Source of the DNA: an uncultured Saprospiraceae bacterium
GTDB lineage: Bacteria; Bacteroidota; Bacteroidia; Chitinophagales; Saprospiraceae
Assembly: GCA_964513525.1 (NCBI GenBank)
Contig: CAZEOC010000001.1
Location: 1,048-35,504, forward strand
Direction of reading: 5' to 3'
Length of the DNA stretch: 34,457 nt
Part shown: in pieces, positions 24,650 to 32,752 of the stretch
Position numbering within the stretch: the stretch's first letter is position 1
Layout of the letters: every line of letters starts with the position of its first letter
Program-made: the position numbers and the translations under genes
The notes under the pieces: model-generated
Seen by the model: only the letters and a program-made list of their open reading frames with translations
Told to the model about the DNA's origin: nothing
Database searches by the model: none

Positions 24650-24723
24650 ATTTGTATTACTAAAAGATGTAGATAAAGACATTGATAATGTCGTATTTTG
24701 TGTAACAAAAATAATATATCAAT

Positions 24724-26013
24724 ATGAAACTTTGGCAAAAAGATTTTTCGATTAATAAATTAGTAGAAGAATTTACAATCGGACAAGATAATGTACTGGA
24801 TTTGCAGCTGGCGAAATATGATGTGATTGGTACAATGGCGCATATTAAAATGCTACAAAAAATTGGTTTATTAAGAACAGAAGAATTGGAAATATTGACT
24901 TTGGAATTGAATACAATTCTGAAAGATATTGAAAATGGTAATTTCACCATTGATAAAAATGTGGAAGATATTCATTCACAAGTAGAATTTTTATTGATTG
25001 ATAAATTAGGCGATATTGGTAAAAAAGTTCATGCTGGACGCTCAAGAAATGACCAAGTTTTAGTGGATTTGCGTTTGTTCTTCCGAGCAGAATTGAAAGA
25101 AGTCGTGGAATTAGTTGCTGCCTTATTTGAAGGTTTACAAACGCAAAGTGAAGCGTATAAAAATGTTTTGATACCTGGTTATACACATACACAGATTGCG
25201 ATGGTTTCGTCTTTTGGTTTATGGTTTGGTGCTTATGCGGAATCTTTGGCGGATGATTTACAGCAACTTTTGGCGACTTACAAAACCGTGAATCAAAACC
25301 CGTTAGGTTCTGGTGCTGGTTACGGAAGTTCCTTTCCATTAGATAGAAAACACACGACCGAAACTTTGGAATTTGATGATTTGAGTTACAATGTCATTTA
25401 TGCTCAAATGGGCAGAGGGAAAACAGAATTATCATTTGCTTTTGCTTTGTCGATGTTGGGAAATACGTTGAATAAATTCGCTGCGGATGTTTGTTTGTAC
25501 AATTCTCAAAACTTCGGATTTTTAAAATTACCAAAAGAATATACAACGGGTTCGAGCATAATGCCGCACAAGAAAAACCCTGATGTTTTTGAGTTAATTC
25601 GCTCAAAAACGAATCAATTACTGACCCTGCCAACGAATGTGGCGATGATGACAAGTAATTTGACTTCAGGTTATCACCGTGATTTTCAGCTATTGAAAGA
25701 AGCCATTTTTCCTGCGATTCAAACGGCAAAACAATGTTTAGAATTGACTGCATTTGTGATTCCAAAAATTACAGTAACGGAAGGACTGTTGGATGATGCG
25801 AAGTATAAATATTTGTACAGTGTAGAGGAAGTAAATAAAAAAGTATTAGCTGGAACGCCATTTAGAACGGCTTATCAAGAAGTCGGTGCAGCGATTGAAA
25901 GTGGGCGTTTTGACCCTGAAACAGAAATTAATCATACGCATGAAGGAAGTGTTGGCAATCTTTGTAATGCGGAAATTAAACAGAAATTTGATAAGATTCT
26001 GAAACAGTTTTGA
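24724..26013 (+). CDS. argH: Argininosuccinate lyase
   Basis: MKLWQK start, GYTHTQIAMV, and the fumarate-lyase signature GSSIMPHKKNPD. 429 aa. Confidence 0.95.
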   Translation: MKLWQKDFSINKLVEEFTIGQDNVLDLQLAKYDVIGTMAHIKMLQKIGLLRTEELEILTLELNTILKDIENGNFTIDKNVEDIHSQVEFLLIDKLGDIGKKVHAGRSRNDQVLVDLRLFFRAELKEVVELVAALFEGLQTQSEAYKNVLIPGYTHTQIAMVSSFGLWFGAYAESLADDLQQLLATYKTVNQNPLGSGAGYGSSFPLDRKHTTETLEFDDLSYNVIYAQMGRGKTELSFAFALSMLGNTLNKFAADVCLYNSQNFGFLKLPKEYTTGSSIMPHKKNPDVFELIRSKTNQLLTLPTNVAMMTSNLTSGYHRDFQLLKEAIFPAIQTAKQCLELTAFVIPKITVTEGLLDDAKYKYLYSVEEVNKKVLAGTPFRTAYQEVGAAIESGRFDPETEINHTHEGSVGNLCNAEIKQKFDKILKQF

Positions 26014-26130
26014 TTTGTAAAAGTGAGGATTTGACTTAAATTTGTTTTTAATTTAAAACCAATATGCTGATTATTGAGTTTAAACGGGACCTTATTAATA
26101 AGGAATTAAAAAATCCCTTACCTTTACCAC

Positions 26131-29100
26131 GTGAAGAACTTAGAACAACTTTTAGAATTATACAAAAAGGACGAAAGAACGTCGAAGATTGCCAAAGCAA
26201 TAGAACAAACGAAAGCAAATCCGACTGTGCCTGCACGTTTTTTATTGCAGAATATGAAAGGTGGAATTGAGCCATTTGCGATTGCGGGAACGTATCAAGC
26301 AACGCCTTCTTTTCACTTGATTGTAGCAATTGATAAAGAAGAAGCGGCATATTTTCAAAATACTTTAAATAATATTTTTGGAAAAAAAACAATTCATTTT
26401 TTCCCAGACTCTTTTAAACGACCTGCGGAGTTTAAAGATGTTGAAAATCATAACGTTCTACTAAGAACCGAAACGGTTAATAAAGTCAATAATTCAAAAT
26501 CAAGAGGTGAAATTATTGTTACTTACCCAGAAGCATTATTCGAAAAAGTTGTTGCACCGAAGGTTTTGAACGAAACCAAAATCGAGATAAAGAAAGGCGA
26601 AAGTTTAGATGTTGATACAATTTTGGAAGTCTTGATTGAATATGGTTTTGAGCGAGTGGATTTTGTCTATGAACCAGGACAGTTTTCGATTCGAGGTGGC
26701 ATCGTTGATATTTTCTCTTACGGAAACGATATGCCGTATCGAGTAGAATTATTCGATGAAGAAATTGAAAGTATTCGAGTTTTTAATCCTTTAGACCAAT
26801 TGTCTTTGAGGAATATTAGTGAAGTGACGATAATTCCAAATATTCAGACAGAATTTAAGCAAAGTCAGAAAATTTCGTTGTTTAAAATATTACCAACTAA
26901 TACAGCCATTTGGATTAAAAATGTTCAAAATCTGATTGATAGATTACAAATTTGTTTTGATAATGCAGCAGATTTTGCAGCAAATTTGACGGAAGCAGAC
27001 ACAACTGAATCCGCTAAAATTATGCACGAAAGAGCGTTTATCTTACCAAATGTGGTGATGGATGAAGTGACAAATTATGCTGTTTTTGAGATTGCAAAGT
27101 CTTCTTATTTTGAATTTAAAGGCGATGTTGGTGTAACGAATCTTGAATATGAGTCGAAGCCGCAACCGAGTTTTAATAAGAATTTTGCCTTATTAATAAA
27201 TGACTTGAATGAGAATACAAAAAACAACATTACGAATTATCTCTTTACCGAAAATCCTCGTCAGATTGAGCGATTCTATCGCATTTTTGAAGACTTAGAT
27301 GCAAATGTTGTTTTTCATCCAATTAATCAAGCGATTCACAAAGGATTTATTGATTTAGATTTGAAAGTTGCTTGTTATACCGACCATCAAATTTTTGACC
27401 GTTTCCATAAGTATAAATTAAAATCTGGATTTACTAAATCACAAGCTTTAAATATAAAGTTGTTGCGAGAGCTTCAACCTGGCGATTATGTTACGCATAT
27501 TGACCACGGAGTTGGGAAGTATTCTGGTTTAGAAAAAATCAATATTAATGGACATAAACAGGAAGCAGTTCGCTTGATTTATAAAGACAATGATTTGCTT
27601 TATGTAAGTATTAATTCCTTACATAAAATTTCCAAATACGTCGGGAAAGAAGGTAAAACGCCAAAGGTTTATAAATTAGGAACAGACGCTTGGACGAACC
27701 TAAAAACTCGTACGAAGAAGAAAGTTAAAGATATTGCTGGTGAATTAATCAAATTATACGCCAAACGAAAAGCGGCAAAAGGTCATGCTTTTCCACCAGA
27801 TAATTGGTTACAATATGAATTAGAATCTTCTTTTATTTATGAAGATACACCAGACCAAGCAACGGCAACTCAAGCCGTAAAAGAGGATATGGAAAAACAA
27901 TATCCGATGGATAGATTGGTTTGTGGTGATGTTGGTTTTGGAAAGACAGAAGTAGCAATTCGTGCCGCATTCAAAGCAGTTACAGATAATAAACAAGTCG
28001 CAATTTTAGTCCCAACTACGATTTTAGCATTGCAACACGCAAAAACGTTTAAAGAACGTTTATCAGAATTTCCGGTAACGGTAGATTTTGTAAATCGTTT
28101 CAGAACAACAAAGGAAAAAAATGCGATTTATAAACGTTTGGAAGCAGGCGAAATTGATATTTTAATTGGAACGCATGCTATTTTAAATAAAAAGGTCAAG
28201 TTCAAAGATTTAGGTTTATTGGTTATTGATGAAGAACAGAAATTTGGTGTTGCTGCTAAAGAAAAACTACGAGGTTTCAAAGTCAATGTAGATACTTTGA
28301 CGCTTACTGCGACACCGATTCCGAGAACTTTACAGTTCTCTTTAATGGCTGCTCGTGACCTTTCGGTTATTAATACTGCTCCACCAAATAGACAACCGAT
28401 TCATACTGAAGTTCGAGTATTTGATGGCGATTTGATTCGAGATGCGATTTATTACGAAACTATGCGAGGCGGACAAGTTTATTTCTTGCACAATCGAGTG
28501 AAATCGTTACCCGAAATGCGAGGAATGATTCAGCGACTTTGTCCAGATATTGATATCGGAATGGCACACGGACAAATGACACCGAAGGATTTGGAATCAA
28601 CTTTGGTAGATTTTATTGATAGAAAATATGATGTTTTGGTTTGTACGAATATTATTGAAACTGGTTTGGATATTCCAAATGCCAATACGATTATGATTAA
28701 TAATGCACATCATTTTGGATTAAGTGATTTGCATCAATTACGTGGTCGAGTTGGTCGTTCTAATAAGAAAGCATTTTGTTATTTGTTAGCACCACCAATT
28801 TCAGTTTTGCCGCCAGATTCTCGTCGTCGTTTAGTTGCGATTGAAGAATTTTCTGACTTAGGAAGTGGATTGAATATCGCCATGAAAGATTTAGATATTC
28901 GTGGTGCTGGAAATATTTTAGGTGGCGAACAAAGTGGTTTTATTTCGGATATTGGTTACGAAACGTATCAAAAAATCTTAGATGAAGCGATTCAAGAATT
29001 GAAAGAAAGTAAATTCAAAGATTTATTCAAAGAAGAAGTTCAAAAGGAAGGGAAATTTGTGCGTGATGTACAAATTGATACTGATATTGAAATGTTAGTG

Positions 29101-29523
29101 CCTGATAATTATATCAATTCGATTCAAGAACGATTGCGTTTTTATACGGAATTGGATAATTTGAAAACAGACGAAGAAGTCAAAGTATTTGCTCAAAAAA
29201 TTATTGACCGTTTTGGTCCTTTACCTCGTGCTGTGAAGGAATTGTTTAATGGATTGAAGCTACGTTGGTTATGTAAGGATTTAGGCTTTGAACGCCTGAT
29301 TCTGAAAAGTAATAAACTCCGTTGTTACTTTGTCTCTAATCCACAATCGCCATTTTACGAAAGTGAATTATTCCAGAAAGTAATTATGTATGTCAACGGA
29401 AAAGGCGATAGCAAAATGGGGTTCAAAAAATCTGGAAATTACTTTATGTTAATTAGAGAAGGCGTTCGAGATATGACAGAAGCGAAAAAAGTATTGAAAG
29501 ATATTTTAGAAGGCGTGAAGTAA
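26131..29523 (+). CDS. mfd: Transcription-repair coupling factor
   Basis: 1130 aa. CarD-like segment (GDYVTHIDHGVGKY), DEAD/DEAH helicase motifs (GDVGFGKTEVA, VIDEEQKFG) and a TRCF C-terminal domain. GTG start in the track. Confidence 0.93.
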   Translation: MKNLEQLLELYKKDERTSKIAKAIEQTKANPTVPARFLLQNMKGGIEPFAIAGTYQATPSFHLIVAIDKEEAAYFQNTLNNIFGKKTIHFFPDSFKRPAEFKDVENHNVLLRTETVNKVNNSKSRGEIIVTYPEALFEKVVAPKVLNETKIEIKKGESLDVDTILEVLIEYGFERVDFVYEPGQFSIRGGIVDIFSYGNDMPYRVELFDEEIESIRVFNPLDQLSLRNISEVTIIPNIQTEFKQSQKISLFKILPTNTAIWIKNVQNLIDRLQICFDNAADFAANLTEADTTESAKIMHERAFILPNVVMDEVTNYAVFEIAKSSYFEFKGDVGVTNLEYESKPQPSFNKNFALLINDLNENTKNNITNYLFTENPRQIERFYRIFEDLDANVVFHPINQAIHKGFIDLDLKVACYTDHQIFDRFHKYKLKSGFTKSQALNIKLLRELQPGDYVTHIDHGVGKYSGLEKININGHKQEAVRLIYKDNDLLYVSINSLHKISKYVGKEGKTPKVYKLGTDAWTNLKTRTKKKVKDIAGELIKLYAKRKAAKGHAFPPDNWLQYELESSFIYEDTPDQATATQAVKEDMEKQYPMDRLVCGDVGFGKTEVAIRAAFKAVTDNKQVAILVPTTILALQHAKTFKERLSEFPVTVDFVNRFRTTKEKNAIYKRLEAGEIDILIGTHAILNKKVKFKDLGLLVIDEEQKFGVAAKEKLRGFKVNVDTLTLTATPIPRTLQFSLMAARDLSVINTAPPNRQPIHTEVRVFDGDLIRDAIYYETMRGGQVYFLHNRVKSLPEMRGMIQRLCPDIDIGMAHGQMTPKDLESTLVDFIDRKYDVLVCTNIIETGLDIPNANTIMINNAHHFGLSDLHQLRGRVGRSNKKAFCYLLAPPISVLPPDSRRRLVAIEEFSDLGSGLNIAMKDLDIRGAGNILGGEQSGFISDIGYETYQKILDEAIQELKESKFKDLFKEEVQKEGKFVRDVQIDTDIEMLVPDNYINSIQERLRFYTELDNLKTDEEVKVFAQKIIDRFGPLPRAVKELFNGLKLRWLCKDLGFERLILKSNKLRCYFVSNPQSPFYESELFQKVIMYVNGKGDSKMGFKKSGNYFMLIREGVRDMTEAKKVLKDILEGVK

Positions 29524-29543
29524 TTTTTAGAGTTATGGTTTAA

Positions 29544-29574
29544 GTTATCGGACACCTTAAAGGTGTCCGATAAC
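29544..29574. repeat. REP-like palindrome, variant copy (gttatcggacacctt-a-aaggtgtccgataac); probable mfd terminator
   Basis: Perfect 15+1+15 palindrome, 20 nt after the mfd stop. It differs from the other copies at one arm position, with the matching change in the other arm. Confidence 0.8.
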
Positions 29575-29591
29575 TCAGTATTATTGAAAAT

Positions 29592-30593
29592 ATGGAAAAA
29601 TTAGATAAAAGAACGTTCAGAGAATTAATGAAATTAGCATTAATTACGTCTCCTTTTATGGCGATTTACGGACTTTCGCCTGTTTATATTTTTACAAATA
29701 TTCCGACTACCTTATTTTTGAAAGGAATCATGTTTGTAACAATTGGAGCTTTTACAATTTGGTCTTTCAATATTTTTCTACTTAACTCAGGAAGATTCAA
29801 ATTAAAACAACGCTATGCAATTAGTTATCTGCTAACAATTACTATGATTGCATTCATGTCCGTTATGCCTGAAACCATAATTAAAAGACCTTATGAGATT
29901 AATAATTTTCATCCATTCTTAGCAAGTTTTGCAATCAATACTTTGGTGCTAATTATTATTCAAGGTCGAATTGTGAAATTGGCGAAAGATAAGGCAGAGC
30001 AAGAAATTCAAGCTTTGAAGATTAAAAATATGGAAGCACAGCAAAACTTGCTGATGCGACAATTTCAACCTCATTTTTTGTTTAATGCTTTGAGTACCTT
30101 GAAATCATTAATGAATTCTAATATAGAAGAAGCAGAAGAATATTTATTAAAACTATCCAGTTTTTTAAGGTTTTCAGTGGAAGTGAATAATGAAACCGTT
30201 GTTGCATTAGAAAAAGAATTAGAGTTTACGCAGTATTATTTAGATATGCAGCAAATTCGTTTTGAAGGTGCTTTATTCTGTGATATTAAAGTAGATAAAT
30301 CATTATTGAAAATGAAAATCCCTGTTTTTGCTTTACAATCTTTAGTGGAAAATGCAATTAAACATAATGGTTTTTCGGTTGAAAGTCCTCTTTATATAAC
30401 TATTAAAGGTATCGGACACCTTGAAGGTGTCCGATACCTATACATTCAAAATAATAAAATTCCAAAAACACAATTCAACTCTACTAAAACAGGTCTAAAA
30501 GCTTTGAATAAGCGGCATGAAATGATAACCAATGAATCAATTGAAATTATTGATACAGAAAATGAATTTAAAGTTATTTTGAAATTAACCTAA
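29592..30593 (+). CDS. LytS/YehU-type sensor histidine kinase (membrane), carrying an in-frame REP insertion
   Basis: Several N-terminal TM segments, His_kinase box QFQPHFLFNALSTLKSL and N-box LVENAIKHN. Residues GIGHLEGVRYL are encoded by the palindrome at 30407-30439. Confidence 0.85.
   Translation: MEKLDKRTFRELMKLALITSPFMAIYGLSPVYIFTNIPTTLFLKGIMFVTIGAFTIWSFNIFLLNSGRFKLKQRYAISYLLTITMIAFMSVMPETIIKRPYEINNFHPFLASFAINTLVLIIIQGRIVKLAKDKAEQEIQALKIKNMEAQQNLLMRQFQPHFLFNALSTLKSLMNSNIEEAEEYLLKLSSFLRFSVEVNNETVVALEKELEFTQYYLDMQQIRFEGALFCDIKVDKSLLKMKIPVFALQSLVENAIKHNGFSVESPLYITIKGIGHLEGVRYLYIQNNKIPKTQFNSTKTGLKALNKRHEMITNESIEIIDTENEFKVILKLT
30407..30439. repeat. REP-like palindrome inside the histidine kinase CDS (aggtatcggacacctt-g-aaggtgtccgatacct)
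   Basis: Perfect 16+1+16 palindrome, same family as 29544, 31381 and 32171. It is 33 bp long, so it spans 11 codons' worth of sequence and keeps the frame. Read in frame it gives K-GIGHLEGVRYL with no stop. Confidence 0.85.
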
Positions 30594-30603
30594 GTTAAAG
30601 GAA

Positions 30604-31374
30604 ATGAAAATAATTATTATTGAGGACGAAAAACATATTGCAACCGATTTGGTGAATACATTGAAAGCAGTTGGTTCTGATATTGAAATTGTTGAAGTAT
30701 TAAATTCGGTCGCAACCGCTGTTTCTTTTTTTAATAATAAAATTGAAGCAGATTTAATTTTTTCAGATATTCAATTGGGTGATGGTTTGAGTTTTGAAAT
30801 CTATGAACAATTGAATATTAATATTCCAATTATATTTTGTACTGCTTATAATGAGTACGCTTTAGAAGCTTTCAAAACAAATGGGATTGATTATGTTTTG
30901 AAACCTTTCAGTCGAAAAACGATTCGTTTAGCTTTAGAGAAATACGAACAACTTAAAACACAATTTGAAACGCCTAAAAATGATTATGCGGCACTAATGC
31001 AACTTATTACGCAGCAAAATCAAAATACTCCACCTACAAAACCAAAGTCAATCATTGTCAAAAAAGGCGAACACTATATACCAATTGATTTTAATCAAAT
31101 TGCGTTGTTCTATGTAGAAGACAGCTACACTTTTGCCCATACTTTTGAAAAAAAACGATATTTGGTAAGTCAAAAATTAGAGCAATTAGAAACTGATACT
31201 GGAAACAATTTTTATCGAGCAAATCGCCAATTTTTAGTTAATAGAAAAGCTATTAAAGACGCTGTTCAATATTTTAATCGAAAATTATTAATCAATTTGA
31301 CTTTCCCGTTTAAAGAACAAATTACAGTGGGGAAATTAAAAGTGACGGATTTTTTGAGTTGGTTAGCGAAATAG
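30604..31374 (+). CDS. LytTR-family response regulator
   Basis: Receiver domain (IIIIEDE...FSDIQLGDG...KP) plus a C-terminal LytTR DNA-binding domain (YFYRANRQFLVN). 256 aa, 10 nt after the kinase gene. Confidence 0.88.
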   Translation: MKIIIIEDEKHIATDLVNTLKAVGSDIEIVEVLNSVATAVSFFNNKIEADLIFSDIQLGDGLSFEIYEQLNINIPIIFCTAYNEYALEAFKTNGIDYVLKPFSRKTIRLALEKYEQLKTQFETPKNDYAALMQLITQQNQNTPPTKPKSIIVKKGEHYIPIDFNQIALFYVEDSYTFAHTFEKKRYLVSQKLEQLETDTGNNFYRANRQFLVNRKAIKDAVQYFNRKLLINLTFPFKEQITVGKLKVTDFLSWLAK

Positions 31375-31380
31375 GTATAA

Positions 31381-31415
31381 AAGGTATCGGACACCTTCAA
31401 GGTGTCCGATACCTT
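31381..31415. repeat. REP-like palindrome (aaggtatcggacacctt-c-aaggtgtccgatacctt)
   Basis: Perfect 17+1+17 palindrome, 6 nt after the response regulator stop and 78 nt upstream of the RAYT-like gene. Confidence 0.85.
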
Positions 31416-31493
31416 GCGGCGTACGTTAACCCACGAAATCTCAAAATTTATTAATATATTTGGTTATAGATTAATAAAACAATCCCAATTCCT

Positions 31494-32141
31494 ATGTCTA
31501 AAATCGATTATCATGCAAAGCTACTCCCAAATCAATGTTATCATATTTATAACCATGCTGTTGGAACAGAAGATTTATTCAAAGAATTAAGAAATTTCAA
31601 CTACTTTTTAGAGAAATGGCATCAGTATATTTCACCTTATTTTGCTAATTATGCTTACTGTCTAATGCCAAATCATTTTCACTTTTTATCTAAAACAAGA
31701 CCACTTGATGATAGAATTCTTGATAAGATTGCCAAAGAAAATACTAAGAAAGCAAGTGCTTTTTTAGAAGGAGATATTCCAATAAAAGTATTTTACGAAA
31801 GTCAATTTCAAAGATTATTTTCTACTTACTCCAAAGCAATTAACAAACAAGAAAAAAATCGTTACGGTAGCCTTTTTAAAGCAAAATTCAAACGGACTTT
31901 AGTTAAAACAGAACCTGATTTTTTATATTATCTACAATATATTCACCACAATCCTATTCATCATGGGTTTGCAGAAGATTATTTAGATTGGGATTATTCT
32001 ACTTATTTTCTTTATCACGATAATATTGATGTTGAAAATTTATCTAAAGAACCTGTTTTAAAATTGTTTAAAAACGGCAACAATTTAGAAGAATTTATCG
32101 ATTCTCATAAAGATTTTAAAGACAATTTTCGAGCGAAGTAA
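31494..32141 (+). CDS. REP-associated tyrosine transposase-like protein (IS200/IS605 TnpA-like, Transposase_17 family)
   Basis: HUH motif in CLMPNHFHFL. C-terminal catalytic Tyr context YLQYIHHNPIHHGF...W.YST. 215 aa. A TATATTTG (-7-like) box lies at 31455-31462. Confidence 0.8.
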   Translation: MSKIDYHAKLLPNQCYHIYNHAVGTEDLFKELRNFNYFLEKWHQYISPYFANYAYCLMPNHFHFLSKTRPLDDRILDKIAKENTKKASAFLEGDIPIKVFYESQFQRLFSTYSKAINKQEKNRYGSLFKAKFKRTLVKTEPDFLYYLQYIHHNPIHHGFAEDYLDWDYSTYFLYHDNIDVENLSKEPVLKLFKNGNNLEEFIDSHKDFKDNFRAK

Positions 32142-32170
32142 TTTTATAAAATGTATTACGTATTTGTATT

Positions 32171-32203
32171 AGGTATCGGACACCTTGAAGGTGTCCGATA
32201 CCT
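32171..32203. repeat. REP-like palindrome (aggtatcggacacctt-g-aaggtgtccgatacct), probable terminator of the RAYT gene
   Basis: Perfect 16+1+16 palindrome, 29 nt after the RAYT stop, followed by tttatatttttt. Confidence 0.85.
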
Positions 32204-32318
32204 TTTATATTTTTTGTCCACTTCATCTATCTTTTTGTCCATTTCACCATTTTTCTCATTTTTTCCATTTCAATTATCCTCCATATTTACATCATAATTA
32301 ATCAATCAAAAAATTGTG

Positions 32319-32711
32319 ATGAAAGTATTATTAGTAACAATATTGGTTTTAGGTGTAATCGCGATTAATGCTTCAAGCGATTACGAATTATCAGATAATC
32401 AAGTCGATTGGTTTAAAGGAGAATGGTTAGCATCCGACTTTGACAATAGTACTATCAAAATTTATAAAGCTAAAAATGGATTTTGGTATGGAAAAATATT
32501 GACCTCTGACAATCCTGAATTTGTCGATAAATTGATACTTAAAAAGGCAACTTATGATACCAAAAAAGCGGCTTTAGTTGGTACAATTTATCATCCTGAA
32601 TTATTGGTTTCTATCCATGCAACTTTAACAAAAGAAAAAGAAAAAAAATTGAAATTGGTTGGAACGAGATTTCTAATGACAAAGACTTTCTATTGGACAA
32701 GAAAGAATTAA
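32319..32711 (+). CDS. DUF2147-like secreted protein
   Basis: The track starts at GTG 32316. ATG at 32319 gives MKVLLVTILVLGVIAINA (signal peptide). GEWLASD...IKIYKAKNGFWYGKIL resembles the DUF2147 pattern (G.W...I.I....G.yyGki). Confidence 0.65.
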   Translation: MKVLLVTILVLGVIAINASSDYELSDNQVDWFKGEWLASDFDNSTIKIYKAKNGFWYGKILTSDNPEFVDKLILKKATYDTKKAALVGTIYHPELLVSIHATLTKEKEKKLKLVGTRFLMTKTFYWTRKN

Positions 32712-32752
32712 GTAAGTGGACAAATTAAGCACTCAATCAAAATTATAAATAA

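Larger units (their letters stand above)
31381..32203 (+). mobile_element. REP - RAYT - REP unit
   Basis: A Y1 HUH transposase-like gene is bracketed by two copies of the same palindrome. Their central bases are complementary (c at 31398, g at 32187), so the copies are in inverted orientation. Confidence 0.7.

Noticed and set aside
14286-24723. Calling the T9SS gene block a horizontally acquired island on compositional grounds.
   Set aside because: By eye the base composition and codon style look like the flanking arg genes. No integrase, tRNA or direct-repeat boundaries are visible. Only the synteny argument is retained, as a finding that needs comparative genomes.
24690-24723. A promoter call for argH at gtattttg (about 24694-24701).
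   Set aside because: The match to TAnnTTTG is one base short and no -33 TTG lies at the right distance. It is mentioned in a finding but not annotated as a feature.
24944-25765. Two long antisense ORFs (131 and 123 aa) inside argH. Similar antisense or overlapping ORFs occur in argE (13837-14184), argD (11000-11248), mfd (26048-26392, 26064-26270) and the T9SS genes.
   Set aside because: Their translations are low-complexity and show no motifs. Each is fully embedded in a gene with strong family signatures on the other strand or frame. There are no plausible start contexts.
31402-31590. 62-aa ORF starting inside the REP palindrome and overlapping the RAYT start.
   Set aside because: It begins within the repeat, overlaps the well-supported RAYT frame, and its sequence is featureless. 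It is almost certainly spurious. The same judgement applies to 3687-3875, which overlaps the lipoprotein gene start.
29544-32203. Whether the four identical palindromes could be a CRISPR array.
   Set aside because: Spacing is irregular (about 830-970 bp) and the intervening DNA is ordinary genes. The repeats are perfect hairpins adjacent to a RAYT-like gene. No cas genes are in the window.
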